A DNA stretch of 57,326 nt, the filler included, from Sphacelaria rigidula (Eukaryota): the NCBI GenBank assembly GCA_964200075.2. It is 7 parts of 7 records of this genome, joined end to end, with 100 filler letters (N's around TTAATTAATTAA, not from the genome) between each part and the next. Parts side by side here need not be neighbours in the genome. Positions count along the whole stretch, not along the records: positions 16,409 to 24,512 come from CAXNAA020012284.1; positions 24,613 to 32,716 come from CAXNAA020012285.1; positions 32,817 to 40,920 come from CAXNAA020012286.1; 4 more parts are not named here. The stretch is one strand, 5' to 3'. Every line of letters begins with the position of its first letter. Position 1 is the stretch's first letter. Position numbers and translations under genes: made by a program. The notes under the pieces were generated by a model. The model searched no databases and had not been told where the DNA came from. It was given only the letters and a program-made list of their open reading frames with translations. Below, piece by piece: positions 23,935 to 36,896 of this stretch.

Positions 23935-24445
23935 GTGACGAGATATTCAGGCGTAGTGACAGACAGACGCAAGCAAGAGCAATCATGCCCTTTGAAGTTT
24001 TATTTTTGCGAACGCTGAGGATTTACTTGTCCAGAGAGGAGTATATCGTATAAATATATATCGAGAGATCATTCAATATACCTGTTTGTCATTGTTTCGG
24101 TGACCATTTGTTCCAATTGCATCGTTTTTTTTTGCATGAGTTTATTGTTTACTGCAGAAGCGTTTCGTACGTCAAATATTGTGTTCCAAAAAATGTTCGT
24201 GTCCGGCTCAAAAATGAGTATTCCACGAGTACAACGTGGCCGTGACGAAGGCTTCAATGCGAACATGCTCCAACAGGGTTGATGTAAATGATTTTGACCA
24301 CACTGCATGAGTACTGCAACGAGATGAGATTGTTCGCACGGAACAACGGAACTAACTCACGTGTGTGTATCCCGTACTCTTTATGGCTCCTGTCTCATGA
24401 GCTGAAACGCTGCGCGGGGATGTGTTGGGTGGGATATTTCCGTAA

Positions 24446-24512
24446 CCCTTTCGGGACCGGGCCTCCAGAACGACCAATGAGGCTGGTCAGGAATGACGTG
24501 TCTGGCGTCTAA
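24446..24512 (+). mobile_element. piggyBac-like element end
   Basis: (G)TAA|CCCTTTCGGGACCGGGCCTCCAG..., inverted match to 16409-16482. Confidence 0.7.
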
Positions 24513-24612
24513 NNNNNNNNNNNNNNNNNNNNNNNNNNNNNNNNNNNNNNNNNNNNTTAATTAATTAANNNNNNNNNNNNNNNNNNNNNNNNNNNNNNNN
24601 NNNNNNNNNNNN
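24513..24612. other. Artificial contig linker
   Basis: N44-TTAATTAATTAA-N44. Confidence 0.98.
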
Positions 24613-24982
24613 CTCGACTACCAGTACCCGCACGTGCGCATAATTTTATCCGCACGTGTGCATGTTCACTCAGTGTACCTGTTCACATGAACACAGTTTA
24701 CTCATTGAAGCAGTGAGCGCTCACTGGTTCAATGGAAAAACTATTCGCTTCCTGAACGAGGACAATCCAGTCTGTGAGCTGGCAAACTAATACGTCAGTG
24801 TTGAGGATACGTTTTAGTCTTACGTACGTGCAGAGTTTGTTTTTTGTTCCAAGAATTTGAGTGTGCTGAGCTTGGTCAACTCAACCATGCACACGCAATC
24901 ACTATCCTTCATCACCTTCTTCAGTTCTCTGCTTTGAGAAGAGACTGTGCGTTTTGTTTTGGTCTTGGCCGGAAGAAGAGCC

Positions 24983-25322
24983 TGTTCCTTGATACGTGAT
25001 CCGTACACAGGGACAGCTGGGAACGACTGGTGAAGTCGATCAAAGGACACGACCAAGCCGATCATCTTGTTTCAGAATAGTAGTATTACATAGCTAGACT
25101 ACGTGAAGAGAAATAAGAGAAGGAAGTGACTTGCTGCGGCTACCCAACACCGTGATAAGCGGAGCCTCCCTACCAGACATTGCGTACGTGAGTGCAAAAC
25201 ATGCGCCTACTATGGTAGTAAATCCTACCGCATGTGACTGTCAAAACCCGTGAAGACAGGTACCTCTGTACCGTGGTTGATCAATCCTGTAGACTACACT
25301 GGAAGGGCTGTTAACTCGAATA
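24983..25322 (+). mobile_element. 3'-truncated LTR of the same Copia family as 27732-28248
   Basis: Starts TGTT and aligns along its length with 27732-28092, with scattered substitutions and one ~20-bp indel. Confidence 0.9.
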
Positions 25323-26804
25323 CCCCCCTTGCACCGGCATTTCAGTAGCAGGCTTACAGGAAACCAGCCCAGACAACGACATTTCATCGTGTGAGCAGAG
25401 ATGCATCTCCCCAAACAACACACGTCACCAAATCAAACAGGTACTTTCGGAAAAAGATTAAACCTGCCCTCACAGACATTTTATACCAGTATCATGGGTA
25501 CGCCCATTCTTTCGAAAAGTTACTTTGAAATTCGCTGTACCTCATTCAAATTCTTGCGCTAAAAGATCTCGATCAGCGTGCCAAGACTCAAAATCAAGCT
25601 CTCGGGAAACTAGAATAATATCCGTAATTGGAAATTTGCAAACAGAGACTCCCACGTTTTTCGCCTTCCAACGGTGCAAGCAATACAGGGCACACCGAGT
25701 ATCGGTTCGGACAATCATTTAACTTTGCAACGCCGTACTTGAGTACAAAATCAACCCCTCAGGTGAGGTTTACTTGACGCCCATCTCGCAGTACGGCGTG
25801 CGCATCATCGAGTGCACATGCCCACATTTTCAAATCGTTGAGATATCAATATTCGAAACAGAAAACAGAAAAAAAAAATGATTTCAGTCAAAGACTTTGC
25901 AACCCTTCCATCGCGATCCAACAGAGCAAAAATGCTCGGCACCTACCTTCCGGCATACAGTCAGTCAAGCATATAGTCAGTCGTGTACCAAAACCTTACC
26001 TAGCGAACCGCCAGGGCGAACATTTGCTCAACTATTTTTAACACGCGCAATCAAAAGCACAATTTGACATGACAGCCCCCCCCCCCCCCTATTTTTTGCT
26101 TTCAAACAGTCTGCATCTCTCTCTTTCCCCCCCTCGTTTCGGGCTATGAAAATGGGTGGGCGTCTGCATCGCGGAGCATTGTTTCCTTTCTCAACCGATG
26201 CCCATCGAGATATCCATGCAGCGGGGATTGTGTTCGTTGCCGGTTTGCGCCCACCCAATATCAGCTTGCCACCTATCGCCTGAAAAACGATTTCAGATAT
26301 CGAGCCTCACCGGAAAGTAAAGCTCGACGCAAAACAGTGGAGATGGGGAAATATCCAGAAGCGTATCAGTTACCAGGTCTTATCAATAAAGTGATATCTC
26401 GCCCCATCGACCGTTATAATCAAGCAGTCAAAATTATTATTCTACAAGGAGTTGCATCATGACAGCCATCTGTATGCTTGCGCATGTCTACCCTCCGCAC
26501 ATGATCCCAGTGCCGTCAATATATATATATCTTGACCACAAATCCCATGGGGTGCAAAAAAGACCAGTCTTCGTTTCATCATGTCATGAAATAACACCTT
26601 TTGTCTACCGCATGGGCCTCGTTCTGCCAGCTCACAGCCCCAAAACTACATCAAAAACAGGTGCAAAGTAGCATTTTTTTCTTTCTCATGTCGACATGTA
26701 CACCTACCACATACTGAATACGTGGTGTGCATCTCAATCTGTACCTCACAGGGCACCGGCAATTACTGTTCCGTTTCAAACAGCCCCCCCCCCCCACCCC
26801 CCAG

Positions 26805-26868
26805 TCGAAAGGGATGCGTGGTCAATGGTCAAACGACTAAGGCAAGCAACAAATGAGTACGCCCCCCC
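26805..26868 (+). mobile_element. Poly(C)-ended mini-retroposon, subfamily A
   Basis: tcgaaagggatgcgtggtcaatggtcaaacgactaaggcaagcaacaaatgagtacg-C7; direct repeat ccccccagt at 26797-26805 and 26863-26871. Confidence 0.85.
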
Positions 26869-27529
26869 AGTTAATTAACCGCGTCAACGCCACAAGCCGC
26901 TGCCAAACGCACTTTGGCATCTCTTGTGTTTCCACCTTTATGGAAATCGAAATCAAGGGGCAGCCCATCAAGTTCACGAGGAGAAGTGTTCCTCTCTACT
27001 CTGTCAAAATAAAAGACCAAGAAGTATCATAAAATCAAGAATTTTGACTCTACGGAGTGTATGTCTTAGGAATCAACTGGTCGGCATCAGTCACATGGGT
27101 ACTTCTGTATTCTACTGGGATATCTAAATACCGACATCATCGGTACAATCAAGCCAGGGGTGTAGCGTCCTACCCGCGCTGCACCTATCGAGACGATCTT
27201 CATAACTTTTCAACGACCATGCTAGCTGGTAACAGTGCCCCGTGCCCCACACCCCACAGGCGACTTTAAAATGGAATACATTGGACTGGGTCCGCGTTTC
27301 ATGTGAACATGACCCCAGCGCCAAAAAGATAGGTCATCCGCAGATACCAGGTATCGAAAATACATTTCGCCATCAACCAACCAAGTTCGGAAAATTCAAC
27401 CCAACACTCCAAGGGGAAGCGAATAGTGCATTACTCTGACCTTGGAAACGGTACGTCCTTGTGAAAAGGTCCCAACGTCGATCACCTAGGGCGCCCAAAA
27501 CTACGTGCGCGTGGTGAGGTGCGTCTCAC

Positions 27530-27675
27530 CACTTGACTTTCTTCTCCCCGCCCGTGGGCAGTGCCCCGTGCATTAATCGGGACATCGCTGCCTTTGCTTT
27601 ACACACACTGCCTTTAAAGTCCGCGTCGTCCCCGGTCGCTGTTGGGGGTATGACTGCGTCCCTTGGTCCTGCCAT
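27530..27675 (-). CDS. Possible first exon of an unknown gene or transposase pseudogene (MAGPRDAVIPP...GGEKKVK)
   Basis: AAGATGG start, open for 48 codons, TG|GTGAGA donor. Confidence 0.3.
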
Positions 27676-27731
27676 CTTGGTCGAACGTTTGGACCACAAG
27701 CCATTAGGAAAATCAAATGGACGCTCTAGAG

Positions 27732-28248
27732 TGTTTCTTGATACGTGATCCGTACCCAGGGACAGCTGGGCACGACTGGTGAAGTCGATCAAAAGACACG
27801 ACCAAGCCGATCATCTTGTTGTAGAATAGTAGCATTACATAGCTAGACTACGTGAAGAGAAAGAAGAGAAGGAAGTGACTTGCTGCGGCTAACCAACACC
27901 GTGATAAGCGGAGCCTCCCAACCAGACATTGCGTAGCCTTCCAACCAGACATTGCGTACGTGAGTACAAGATATGTGCCTACTATGTAGCAAATCCTACC
28001 GCGTGTAACTGTCGAAACCGATGAAGGCAGGTACCTCTGTACCGTGGTTGATCAGTGCTGTAGACTACACTGGAAGGGCTGTTCACTCGGATAGAGCGCA
28101 ATCAACCATCTGCCTGATCTGTTCTTACTTTGAGTTGCAGACGCAACTGGTCTAAAAACCACGGTGCAACCTCTGCTACACTACCTTCTGCGCGATAGTA
28201 GTCAGCCTGTCTTTGGGACAGTGCTACAGAACACGAGCTATTCCAACA
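27732..28248 (+). mobile_element. 5' LTR (517 bp) of a Ty1/Copia element
   Basis: TG...CA ends (tgtt...aaca), second copy at 24983, followed by a degenerate PBS-like gactttgagcc and gag. Confidence 0.85.
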
Positions 28249-28444
28249 GACTTTGAGCCATCGATTTGCGAGCACGTAGGTCAGCAGGTCATCAGACTTC
28301 GATTCAAGACTACGTCGGTCAGCACCAGCGAAGAGACTTTCCATCAAGGTCGTCACAGCAGCAAAAAGTGAGAGGAGTCCAGCCTTCAGTTTTTTTCATT
28401 GCATAGGGTTTGAGGTGTGATGAATTATCACACATTTGTAGAAG

Positions 28445-30545
28445 ATGAATAATCAAGGAGAACCATATGTTGCACAGCTCATCAAGAGCGTCAAGAAATT
28501 CGACAGTACTAATTTCCTCGAATGGACGCGCAGCACGCGTGCCACGATTTCTCTGACACATCCAGGGATTTCTGATATAATGAATGGACGTAAACGTCCC
28601 GCGGATATTTTTGATGACGTGGAGCACATTCAAGGTGCCGAATCACTTCCAGTTGCACGATCCACGTCAAGGTCAACTCCGCCACACACCCGCTCCCAAG
28701 GAACCCAACCGTTTTCATCTGAAGGGGCAGCCGGAAGAAGTGATCCAGTTGAGGACCCGACTGGCGGCGAAGTGGACTTCTCCCGGGAGGACACACCTGT
28801 GAGAGTTGTGGTGAACAGATTTGAAGTTGAGAATGGGCGTCGCTGCAGCGAGCAGTTGTTCAATATTTGATACTCGACAACTACAGGCCCAGCGGGTAAT
28901 TTTTTCCTTCGCTTCGAGCCGAAGGGCCATGCAAAACCGAACGGCAAGACTGCGTGGGAGGCCCTGGTCGCTAAATACAAGAATTCTTCGAGTTAACGGT
29001 GGCGCATTCTCATGCGTCAGCTAGATAACATCAAAATGGCGCCTGGACAGGAACCTGACGTGTTTCTGACCAAAGTCTATCAACTTCGTGACCAGCTAGT
29101 GTACATGGGTGAGCCCATCTCAGATTAGAGGCTGACTGACATCGTGGTGGAAGGTTTGACCGATGAGTACGACAGGATAAAGTATGATGCAGAGCGCGAT
29201 CCTGACTTCAGCATCTCCGACATTGAAGTCACTATGAAGAACATGTACTCAAATCGCGTTGCACGCGGTATTTTGTCAAAGAGGGTACGTGGTCGTGATT
29301 CCGCCACGATAGCGGCATCGCCGCTTGATTCATCTGCAACACCTACAAGATTCACAGGAAAATGTTATTCCTGTGGGAAACCTGGTCACCACATGCGTGA
29401 CTGTCTTTTTAGAAGACAGTAAAACAGCGGGAACAGGCCTGGGAAATGGCGCAGTCTTCATCGTATCGATAAACTCGACAATTCTGAATGCAAGAGTCAA
29501 ATTGCCAACGGTAGTGCGTTTAAGAACAGCAGCAGGAACGACGACTACTACAACAAGAACAACAATCGCCGTCGTCACAACACACCCAATAATAACATTA
29601 TCTCCGGCTCCAGCGCAAGTGACATCATCAACCATCCGAATCAAGCAAATACCGTCACCATGGCTCCTGCATCGACCACTGCATCAACTACTGCATCGAA
29701 TACTGTTCTCTCCAATAACCAAGTTCAAGATACCAGCGGACCTTCATCAACAGTGACTGACTCATGCTCGCCACCAAGCGGCATGGGTTTCACCTTTCTT
29801 GCTGATCCTGCTGACAAGGACAACACTCGGACACCGGTTTCTATATCATTCCAGATGGCATGTGATTCCGGGGCTCACCACCATTACCTTGGCGACCAGC
29901 TACTGCCCAATATTGAAGAAGAGATGTTTGACTACCTGAAACTTGATCCCCCATGAGAATCCTTAGAGCAGGTCGCCATCTCCTTAGCGGAACAGGAAAA
30001 GGGGTGCTCCAATCCATTGTCTGTGATCAGCAGGGTAATTAGCACTCCGTCCGCCTTCCAGCGATTGTTGTTCCGGGCCTGGGAAAACATATTTTCTCAC
30101 CTATTGAAGCAACAAAGGGTGTTTCAACCATATTCTCCGTCAACTCTCACGTGGACCTTGCAAAATTCAAAATTCCAATCCGTACCGACAATAATGGTAC
30201 GCTACACTTCCTCAACATGAAGGTTATTCGGGATCAGAAGACCTTCCACACCAACTCCGGGTCAGCTCTTACTGCTGAGGTGGTGTCCGGAGAACGCATG
30301 GGCCCAGGGACAGCATCTACAGTTCACCGAGGACGACACCTCAGCTCTTTCAACCACTGTGAGTGCGGAAATATGGCATAGACGCCTTGGACATCAAGCT
30401 AAACCAGTTATGCATCGTTAAATGCATATACCTGAAACACATGTCAAGTTTTTAGGTTCACTTTCTTCCTGTGACACAGGCGTACTGAACAAAAGCACCC
30501 AGCAAAATCATCCCAAGACCGCCTCATCGGTGACTAAGCGCCGAC
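28445..30545 (+). pseudogene. Ty1/Copia gag-protease-preintegrase with in-frame stops, truncated before the integrase core
   Basis: Gag KFDSTNFLEW and AWEALVAKY; zinc knuckle CYSCGKPGHHMRDC (29363-29404); protease CDSGAHHH (~29861); WHRRLGH (~30373). Confidence 0.92.
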
Positions 30546-30549
30546 GATT

Positions 30550-32716
30550 AAGAGTGGATCCTGGAAAATGGGGTCCATCTCAAAAATGAGATTTAAGTGG
30601 AATATCCTTTTCGCAGGGATGACGCGACACAGTAACACAGAGCGAAACCATATTTCCCCCCAAATGTCTGTATCAGTTAAGCAGTTGTGGCTAGGTGCAC
30701 CGAACGAATGCGGTGTAAACGCGTGTCGATGACGATATCACCAGAGAGAGAAGCAACGGCAGAGAGGAAGCTCCTCGCCCGGATCCTCTGTGTGTCCTCG
30801 CTCGGCGATTACCAATCGCTCGAGAGACCGGCATCATCGATGTTACCAGCATGTGCCCAATTTTCCATGTGCCTGTACGCATGTTATTATGTTGCTGCGC
30901 ACAGCCTCCCAAAGAACAGCGACGCGCGGAGAGATTTTGTCTCTTCTTGCCCGTGGAGCTCACCAACGCGAAAATCGATTTCTCTCTGCCTCTCTGTTTG
31001 GACAGGGCGCGCCTCGGTGCGTTGAAAAACATGTCGTTGACAAACAGGGCAGTGTTCCCGTCACCGCTACTACTGTTCTCTGTCACACACATGCCAGCAA
31101 AGGCGGTGCTGCGGCGATAAGAACAGATCCAGTTTGAACTTGGGCGGTGTTATTCATCATTGACTTTACCCGACACGTGACCATATAGGCGCCCGACCAC
31201 AAGAGCGTGCCACAGGCGAGTTGGGGTGTGTGTGAGAGAGATCAAACACTTGTGGAGACCTTCTTGACATGCGGAGTGAATAAAGATACCGGTGGTGGTG
31301 ACCTAACTGTTGCTGGCGTGGTGCAGAGGGGTGCGTCAATGCTGCAATCCGGAGCTTTCGTTGCTCTACTGTACTGACTGCCGTCTGTAGAGACGTCACC
31401 CACCGTAACAACATGTATGTACCAAATTTCGGAACAGCTATAGAAACAGAACACTTCAATGTTATAACTGCGTTCACATGATTGGAATGACTCTTGTTAC
31501 CTGAGGAGCTATGGCTTCCTCGTCGTACGCTAGGATGGCTTCCCTGCCCCCCCGCCGGGTATTAATGAACGACGGTAGAGTTGTTACAAGCGCATACAAC
31601 ACTCATGGGGGCACGGAGAGTTTCTTCTCCATGAAAACACGTGTTTTCTAACCCACAAAGCGTTTCATGCGCATTGTTCTAATACAAACGGTGACTTGTC
31701 GATTTCTATTCCGTTCTCCACGGACTGCCTCATGTTCGATGGTATCTTCGCATGTTTAAGCGGACCCGAAGCGGCCACCTTCCCTCAGGTCTCGAGAGTC
31801 GTTTACGTTGTGTGGATGTGTAGCTGAGAAAAATCAAACTGTTTAGCTTTCACAACTGTTGCAAACTTCGGTGCATGTTATTACGGTGAACTGCTGTGAA
31901 CAGACGGGGGTAAGTACGGTAGAGCAACGAAAGCTAGCTGTGACCGAGTTTGCCTGCCGTACTGCCGACAGCGTTGCGTGAAAGCCACAAGACCTTTTGC
32001 TGTTGGGGGTTGATGGCGTCGGTCTCACATACAACGACAAGTGGTTGATCGCAGAGCATTCTCGTCCCAACTTGCAATGCATGACCTCCCCACATCGAAA
32101 TTAATTCTCAAAAGCTACTCGTACTGTACCGAGGTGTTCACGCGACCACCGTGTGCTCCAGATTGAAGCATGGGTGGACTCCTATGCACCACGCTAGCAA
32201 CAGTTAGGTCACCACCATAGGTCTTTTTTTTTTCATTTCGCTCATTAAGAAGGTCTCTACAAGTGTTTGATCATACACCCTCGACTGACGTCTGGCACGC
32301 TCTTCTGGTCGGGCACCCAGAGGGTCAGATGTGGGTAAAACCAACAATGAATAACACCCCTCACGTTCAAATTGAAAATATTTGTTATTGCCGCACCACC
32401 GCCCTTGCTGGCATGTGTGTGACAGATAATAGTTGTAGCGGTGACGGGAACATTGCCCTGTTTTTCAACGAAATGTTTTTCAGCGCACAGATGCACGTCC
32501 TGTCCAAACAGAGAGGTAGAGAGAAATCGGTCTTCGCATTGGTGAGCTCGACAGGCAAGAAGAGACGAAATCTCTCCGCAGCCCGATGTTCTGGCACATG
32601 AAAAATTGGGCACATGCTGGTAACATCGATTATGCCAGTCTCTCGAGCGATTGGTAATCGCCGAGCGAGGACACACAAAGGACACGGGCGAGGAGCTTCC
32701 TCTCTGTCGTTGCTTA
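30550..32716. mobile_element. Long-TIR foldback (MULE-like) non-autonomous element
   Basis: 30751-31450 is the inverted homologue of 31838-32715 (extra ~220 bp in the right arm); the right end runs into the contig end. Confidence 0.8.
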
Positions 32717-32816
32717 NNNNNNNNNNNNNNNNNNNNNNNNNNNNNNNNNNNNNNNNNNNNTTAATTAATTAANNNNNNNNNNNNNNNNNNNNNNNNNNNN
32801 NNNNNNNNNNNNNNNN
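32717..32816. other. Artificial contig linker
   Basis: N44-TTAATTAATTAA-N44. Confidence 0.98.
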
Positions 32817-33003
32817 GTTTGCAATATGACGGGAACTTGTCGGACGGTCCCGGTAACACTGTATTACGGCGGAATTTTTTCGGCGGTAGGCGGTTTCTCG
32901 TTTTTTGACGGTAACGCCGAATCTTGCGGTAATTCCCGTCATTACCGTAAATGTCCAAATATCGTGGGAATTTTCGTCGGGAAATTTCCCGAGTAGTACC
33001 CTG
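32817..33003. mobile_element. hAT-like element end
   Basis: Terminus reads CAGGGTACTACTCGGG on the minus strand, with repeated subterminal CGGTAA/TTACCG motifs. Confidence 0.5.
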
Positions 33004-33302
33004 ATAAAATGGTCCCCCCTATTTTGAGTTCGCGAATTTGAGTCCCCCCGATTTTTTTCAAAATCGGGGTCCCAAAAAATCGAGATTCGTTGGCCATCAA
33101 AGTGGGTCTGAGCCATACTGGCTGCTTGTTGCAATGTGCTCTGAAGAATTGGGGTCACCTGCGCAGCATGAAGCCTGAAACTTCATGACATCCCTCATGA
33201 TTTAGGAGAAGGCGGGCGCATTTGAAAGTGTATAGAAACAGAGTCAGTAGCCGTCACGACACTGTAGCTACTGTTGATGGGCGCGCCTGAAGTGTCACCG
33301 AC

Positions 33303-34866
33303 CAGAAGCACGAACAGACCGGAGATCTTGTTCATCCCCTGACTATGCACGCCGCAAAATCCCTCGAAGTACTTTTGATTTGAGTAGGGTTTCCATTTCA
33401 CGGTTTTGAAGTTTTCTCGTTCCGGAGTACGAACCACGGCGTGGCTCGGCTACGCACCAGCGTGTATTCGTCCAAGCTACAATTCGACCGGATGGTTTTA
33501 CCAAAGAAGTTACGGTGATCGAGAAAATCGCGAAAAACCCGTGCTTTTTTCACTTGATTCGTTATAGAATTCGCATCCTGATGAAAAAAAAAAATCATCC
33601 TGTACAATCGTAGCTGTCGTCTTGTCGCAGATGATGCAAAAAGTCGCATCCCAATCGATGGCCTTGGCGATGAGTATTTTCTGGAACAGATTGAGCTATA
33701 ATCGCAAACACGCGCCTCCAACCCTCGCCGGTTTCCACATAACACAAAAACCTCACCCCTGCCTAACGGCCTCAGAATAGATGACACCAATGAATGACTC
33801 TTGATAGTGCAGATGGTTGATACATCAGATGTGTGGAATCTTCGACAGGTGTAGAATTTGAACCTTCGACCGAACCCCTAGAACCTTCTGTTTCTGCGAG
33901 ACATTTCCCCCCGTCTGTGCATCGCTCGTGATAGTGACAAGAGTAGCGCTTGTTCTCCTGCACCCAGTGCTATCACCACGCCACCATCGATAGCGTTGCT
34001 TAGTATCTAATCTCACTTGGCGGCAAGTATGGGCAAACTCTGAACTGAAGGAGAAAATAAAGCCAGAGAGCAAGCTGACGTTAAAGACAAGAGCAGTACC
34101 CGCAATGGCAACACACTCCAACAGCCGTCATGAACATGATAGTGAGTCGCACGACGAAAGCAAGAATCAAGAATCATCTTCGCGACCTTGCAGCAGCGAA
34201 GTGAACAAATTATAACACTAACACTAACTCTACGATAACCACAACGAAGGCATACTGACAACCCTCGGGCAAGGCGGGTGCAACGTGTTCCCGAGGCGGA
34301 GTGTGCGTTGCCAGATTAACTCGGCGCCCCAGACTCCGATTTAGACAAAAACGCGTTGTGGGCACGCTAGGAGGATGCTAGGAGCACATGCCCCATGAAG
34401 GATCCGGATTTCGGCGTCCACGCTGAAGTCAATATGAACCAACTTACCCTCCCGAATTGTCAACTGTACTGCGTCAAGACGACACCAAAGACAGCATAAA
34501 GTCGTCGGCCCACTTTAACCGAAGCCACATGGCACCGAAGCCTCATTCATGTCCTCCAGTGCACCCACCCGTCCCAAGACACGCGTCTGTTGTATCGGCA
34601 CTGGTGGGTGATGGGCGACGGTTTGTTTTCATCCCCTCTTGGAACACAATATGTTCGGAGTCTCTGCATATTTATGAAATGAAAAGCCATGCCCACGGAC
34701 CAACAAACAGACTTGCACAAGGCGAGTCATTCATGCGCTAAAATTGTGGAACGATGGGATCCGATAAATCAAGCTTCTCAACACATGGCGAGGAGGTCGA
34801 CCAACATCAGCCCAGCCCACATCACAAACCCGGCGACTGTAATCCACTCGTCTGTGTAAGGGCTGC
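33303..34866 (-). CDS. Two candidate exons (34866-34785, 33342-33303) of a membrane protein, possibly an APC-type transporter
   Basis: Phase-compatible GT-AG joins give GSPYTDEWITVAGFVMWAGLMLVDLLAI-QGMNKISGLFVLL, two hydrophobic segments; the product call is weak. Confidence 0.4.
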
Positions 34867-34977
34867 CTTGTTGAATTTCATCAGTACATATGACTCTGTT
34901 GCATGTTGAGCACATGTGGTCCGCCAATGCGATCCGCGTTCCCAAAAATAAATGGTTCAGCGCTCTGGTTTCAGTCA

Positions 34978-35205
34978 CCGGCGTCTGGGTACAAATGTTC
35001 ATGGTTGATATTACTTGATTCGAGTGTGTACAACGAGAGACGGAATTCAAGTAGGGCTGACAGACCCGCCGTGTGGTCCTCGTGTGCAGAGAACAGGTTT
35101 TCGTTGACATCAGGCGCCGATTTGGGATCTTCCAAAGCCTCACTTACTTTAGGGAATGCGTGTACCGCTTTTGTCCGAGGGTTCTCGATGTGCGTTGGCT
35201 TGGGT
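34978..35205 (+). mobile_element. Truncated copy of the 22424-22722 MITE family
   Basis: ccggcgtctgggtacaaatgttcatggttgatattac...; colinear up to the TTAGGG tract. Confidence 0.85.
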
Positions 35206-35757
35206 CAACCCAACTACCAACTAGCCTTCAGGCATTCCAGCGCATTGCAAGTGCGGATGAAAAGCGAGGCAGTGGCGTGCTATACATGACGAACAGCAAC
35301 GGAAGTAACGGCAGGGTTCTGATTTTAGAATGCAGTTCACAGTTCACTTTTTCCCTATATGAATTTTGGATCTATGTCGTTCTCTTCCGATGACGTGAGG
35401 CACATTTTACCCGACGAGCCTGGATAAGCCCAAAAATCGATCTGTTCGTGATTTTGGTCGGTGGCACTTTTTTTGCCCATGTTGGGGGGTCAGGCACACC
35501 CATAATTGTTGTACATGTTTCTTGTGCATCGTGCATTACAATACACGACACTTTGCACTTGACCTCATTGGGAGTCTGGGGGTGATCCATCCCGACGGTC
35601 TGCAGGGCTGCTCATGTTTCGTGTTTCCACCCAGCGGTACCTCGTTTCCCGTCAGATCCCAAACTAAAGAACTTTTCAACGTTAAATCATTATTGGTGTG
35701 CAGTTTTGAATGAAGGAGTTGGGTGGGTTGATCGATGGGAGGTACATGTTCAGGTCA

Positions 35758-36370
35758 TGAGGTTGTGTTTGGATCGAACCTATATCCGTACCTCCCCAAG
35801 GTATATACCTGTGCTGATACCTGCAATGGAGTATATCTATAACGGTATACCCGAACCCCGGGTAGGGGTCAGGGAGGCTTACAGAGCTCCCAGAACTGTC
35901 GAGTACCGGTACTGGATGAAAGTCTTACAGAAATTACAGAAGTTGTCGGGTACGGTATGGGAGGCTCACAGAAAAACAGTAACAGCAATCGGGTATTTCT
36001 TCACGAGCATTCCCGCGCTCCGGGTACGGGTAAACATTCTGTACAGAACTCACAGCACTGTCGGGTAAGGGTTTGGGAGGCTCACAGAACTCACAGAAAC
36101 TGTCGGGTAGGGTATGGAGGTTGAACAGAAAACCGTACCCGCAATCGGGTATCTTATCAATAGCGTGCCCGTGCCCCCCGGCAACGGTACAGGAGTCTTC
36201 CAGAGATCACAGACCTGTCGGGTAAGGTTATGAACGTCTTCCAGAGATTACAGAACTGTCGGGTATAGGTATGAAAGTCTTACAGAAGTCACACAACTGT
36301 CGGGTGCGGTAAATTCCCGGCAAAATACGTCGGGTATACAGAAAACCGCACCCTACAGAACACAACCTTG
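35758..36370. mobile_element. hAT-like MITE filled with ~40-bp internal repeats
   Basis: Ends tgaggttgtgtt / aacacaaccttg; repeated acagaactgtcgggta-ggtatg-a-gtcttacaga units; no TSD found. Confidence 0.65.
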
Positions 36371-36783
36371 GTGGTTCCCACATGGTATGGGGGCTTCGCG
36401 GGCAAAAGGACTCCGCATTCCCGTGAGACGATTTATCAATTGATTTTAAAGTAAGGAAAACCCTGCGGAAACCTTGCGTCTACTGCCGCCCTCGCCAAGT
36501 CACATGCAACACACCAACGATGAAAATCATGTAAATCGGGGCCCTCCTCAGATTACGGCTTTCGGAAATGGTTGCACGGTACGGAACTTGATGTTCGCGG
36601 TATTATTGCGATGCACTGTGTGCCGTACTGGTAGAGTGCGGTACAGTACAGGTTGGTTACGTGTTCCCTTTGTTTTAATCGGAATGTGACACTCGCTTTT
36701 TTTCTCCTTTAGTTTACTTCAATTTCGCGATTTTTTTTCTTAGTTTACTCTGCTTGTCTGTTCCACCTTCCTTCTTCTATCCA

Positions 36784-36896
36784 CTTTTCTTCAACGAGTA
36801 TGTTCTTATTTCTCTATTTCGGGTACATCCATCGTATGATCACGGCTGGATCCCTGGGGGATCAGTTAGTGCGACAATCCATCAATCGAAGCAATC
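36784..36896 (+). mobile_element. Diverged third copy of the (AATC)n-tailed retroposon end
   Basis: gggtacatccatcgtatgatcacggctggatccctggggg...gtgcgacaatccatcaatc. Confidence 0.6.

Noticed and set aside
24692-24745. ~50-bp palindrome cattgaagcagtgagcgctcactggttcaatg
   Set aside because: Isolated near a contig end; probably a MITE centre, and no function can be assigned.
35870-36310. CRISPR-like periodicity
   Set aside because: Eukaryotic context, degenerate units, no unique spacers and no cas genes.
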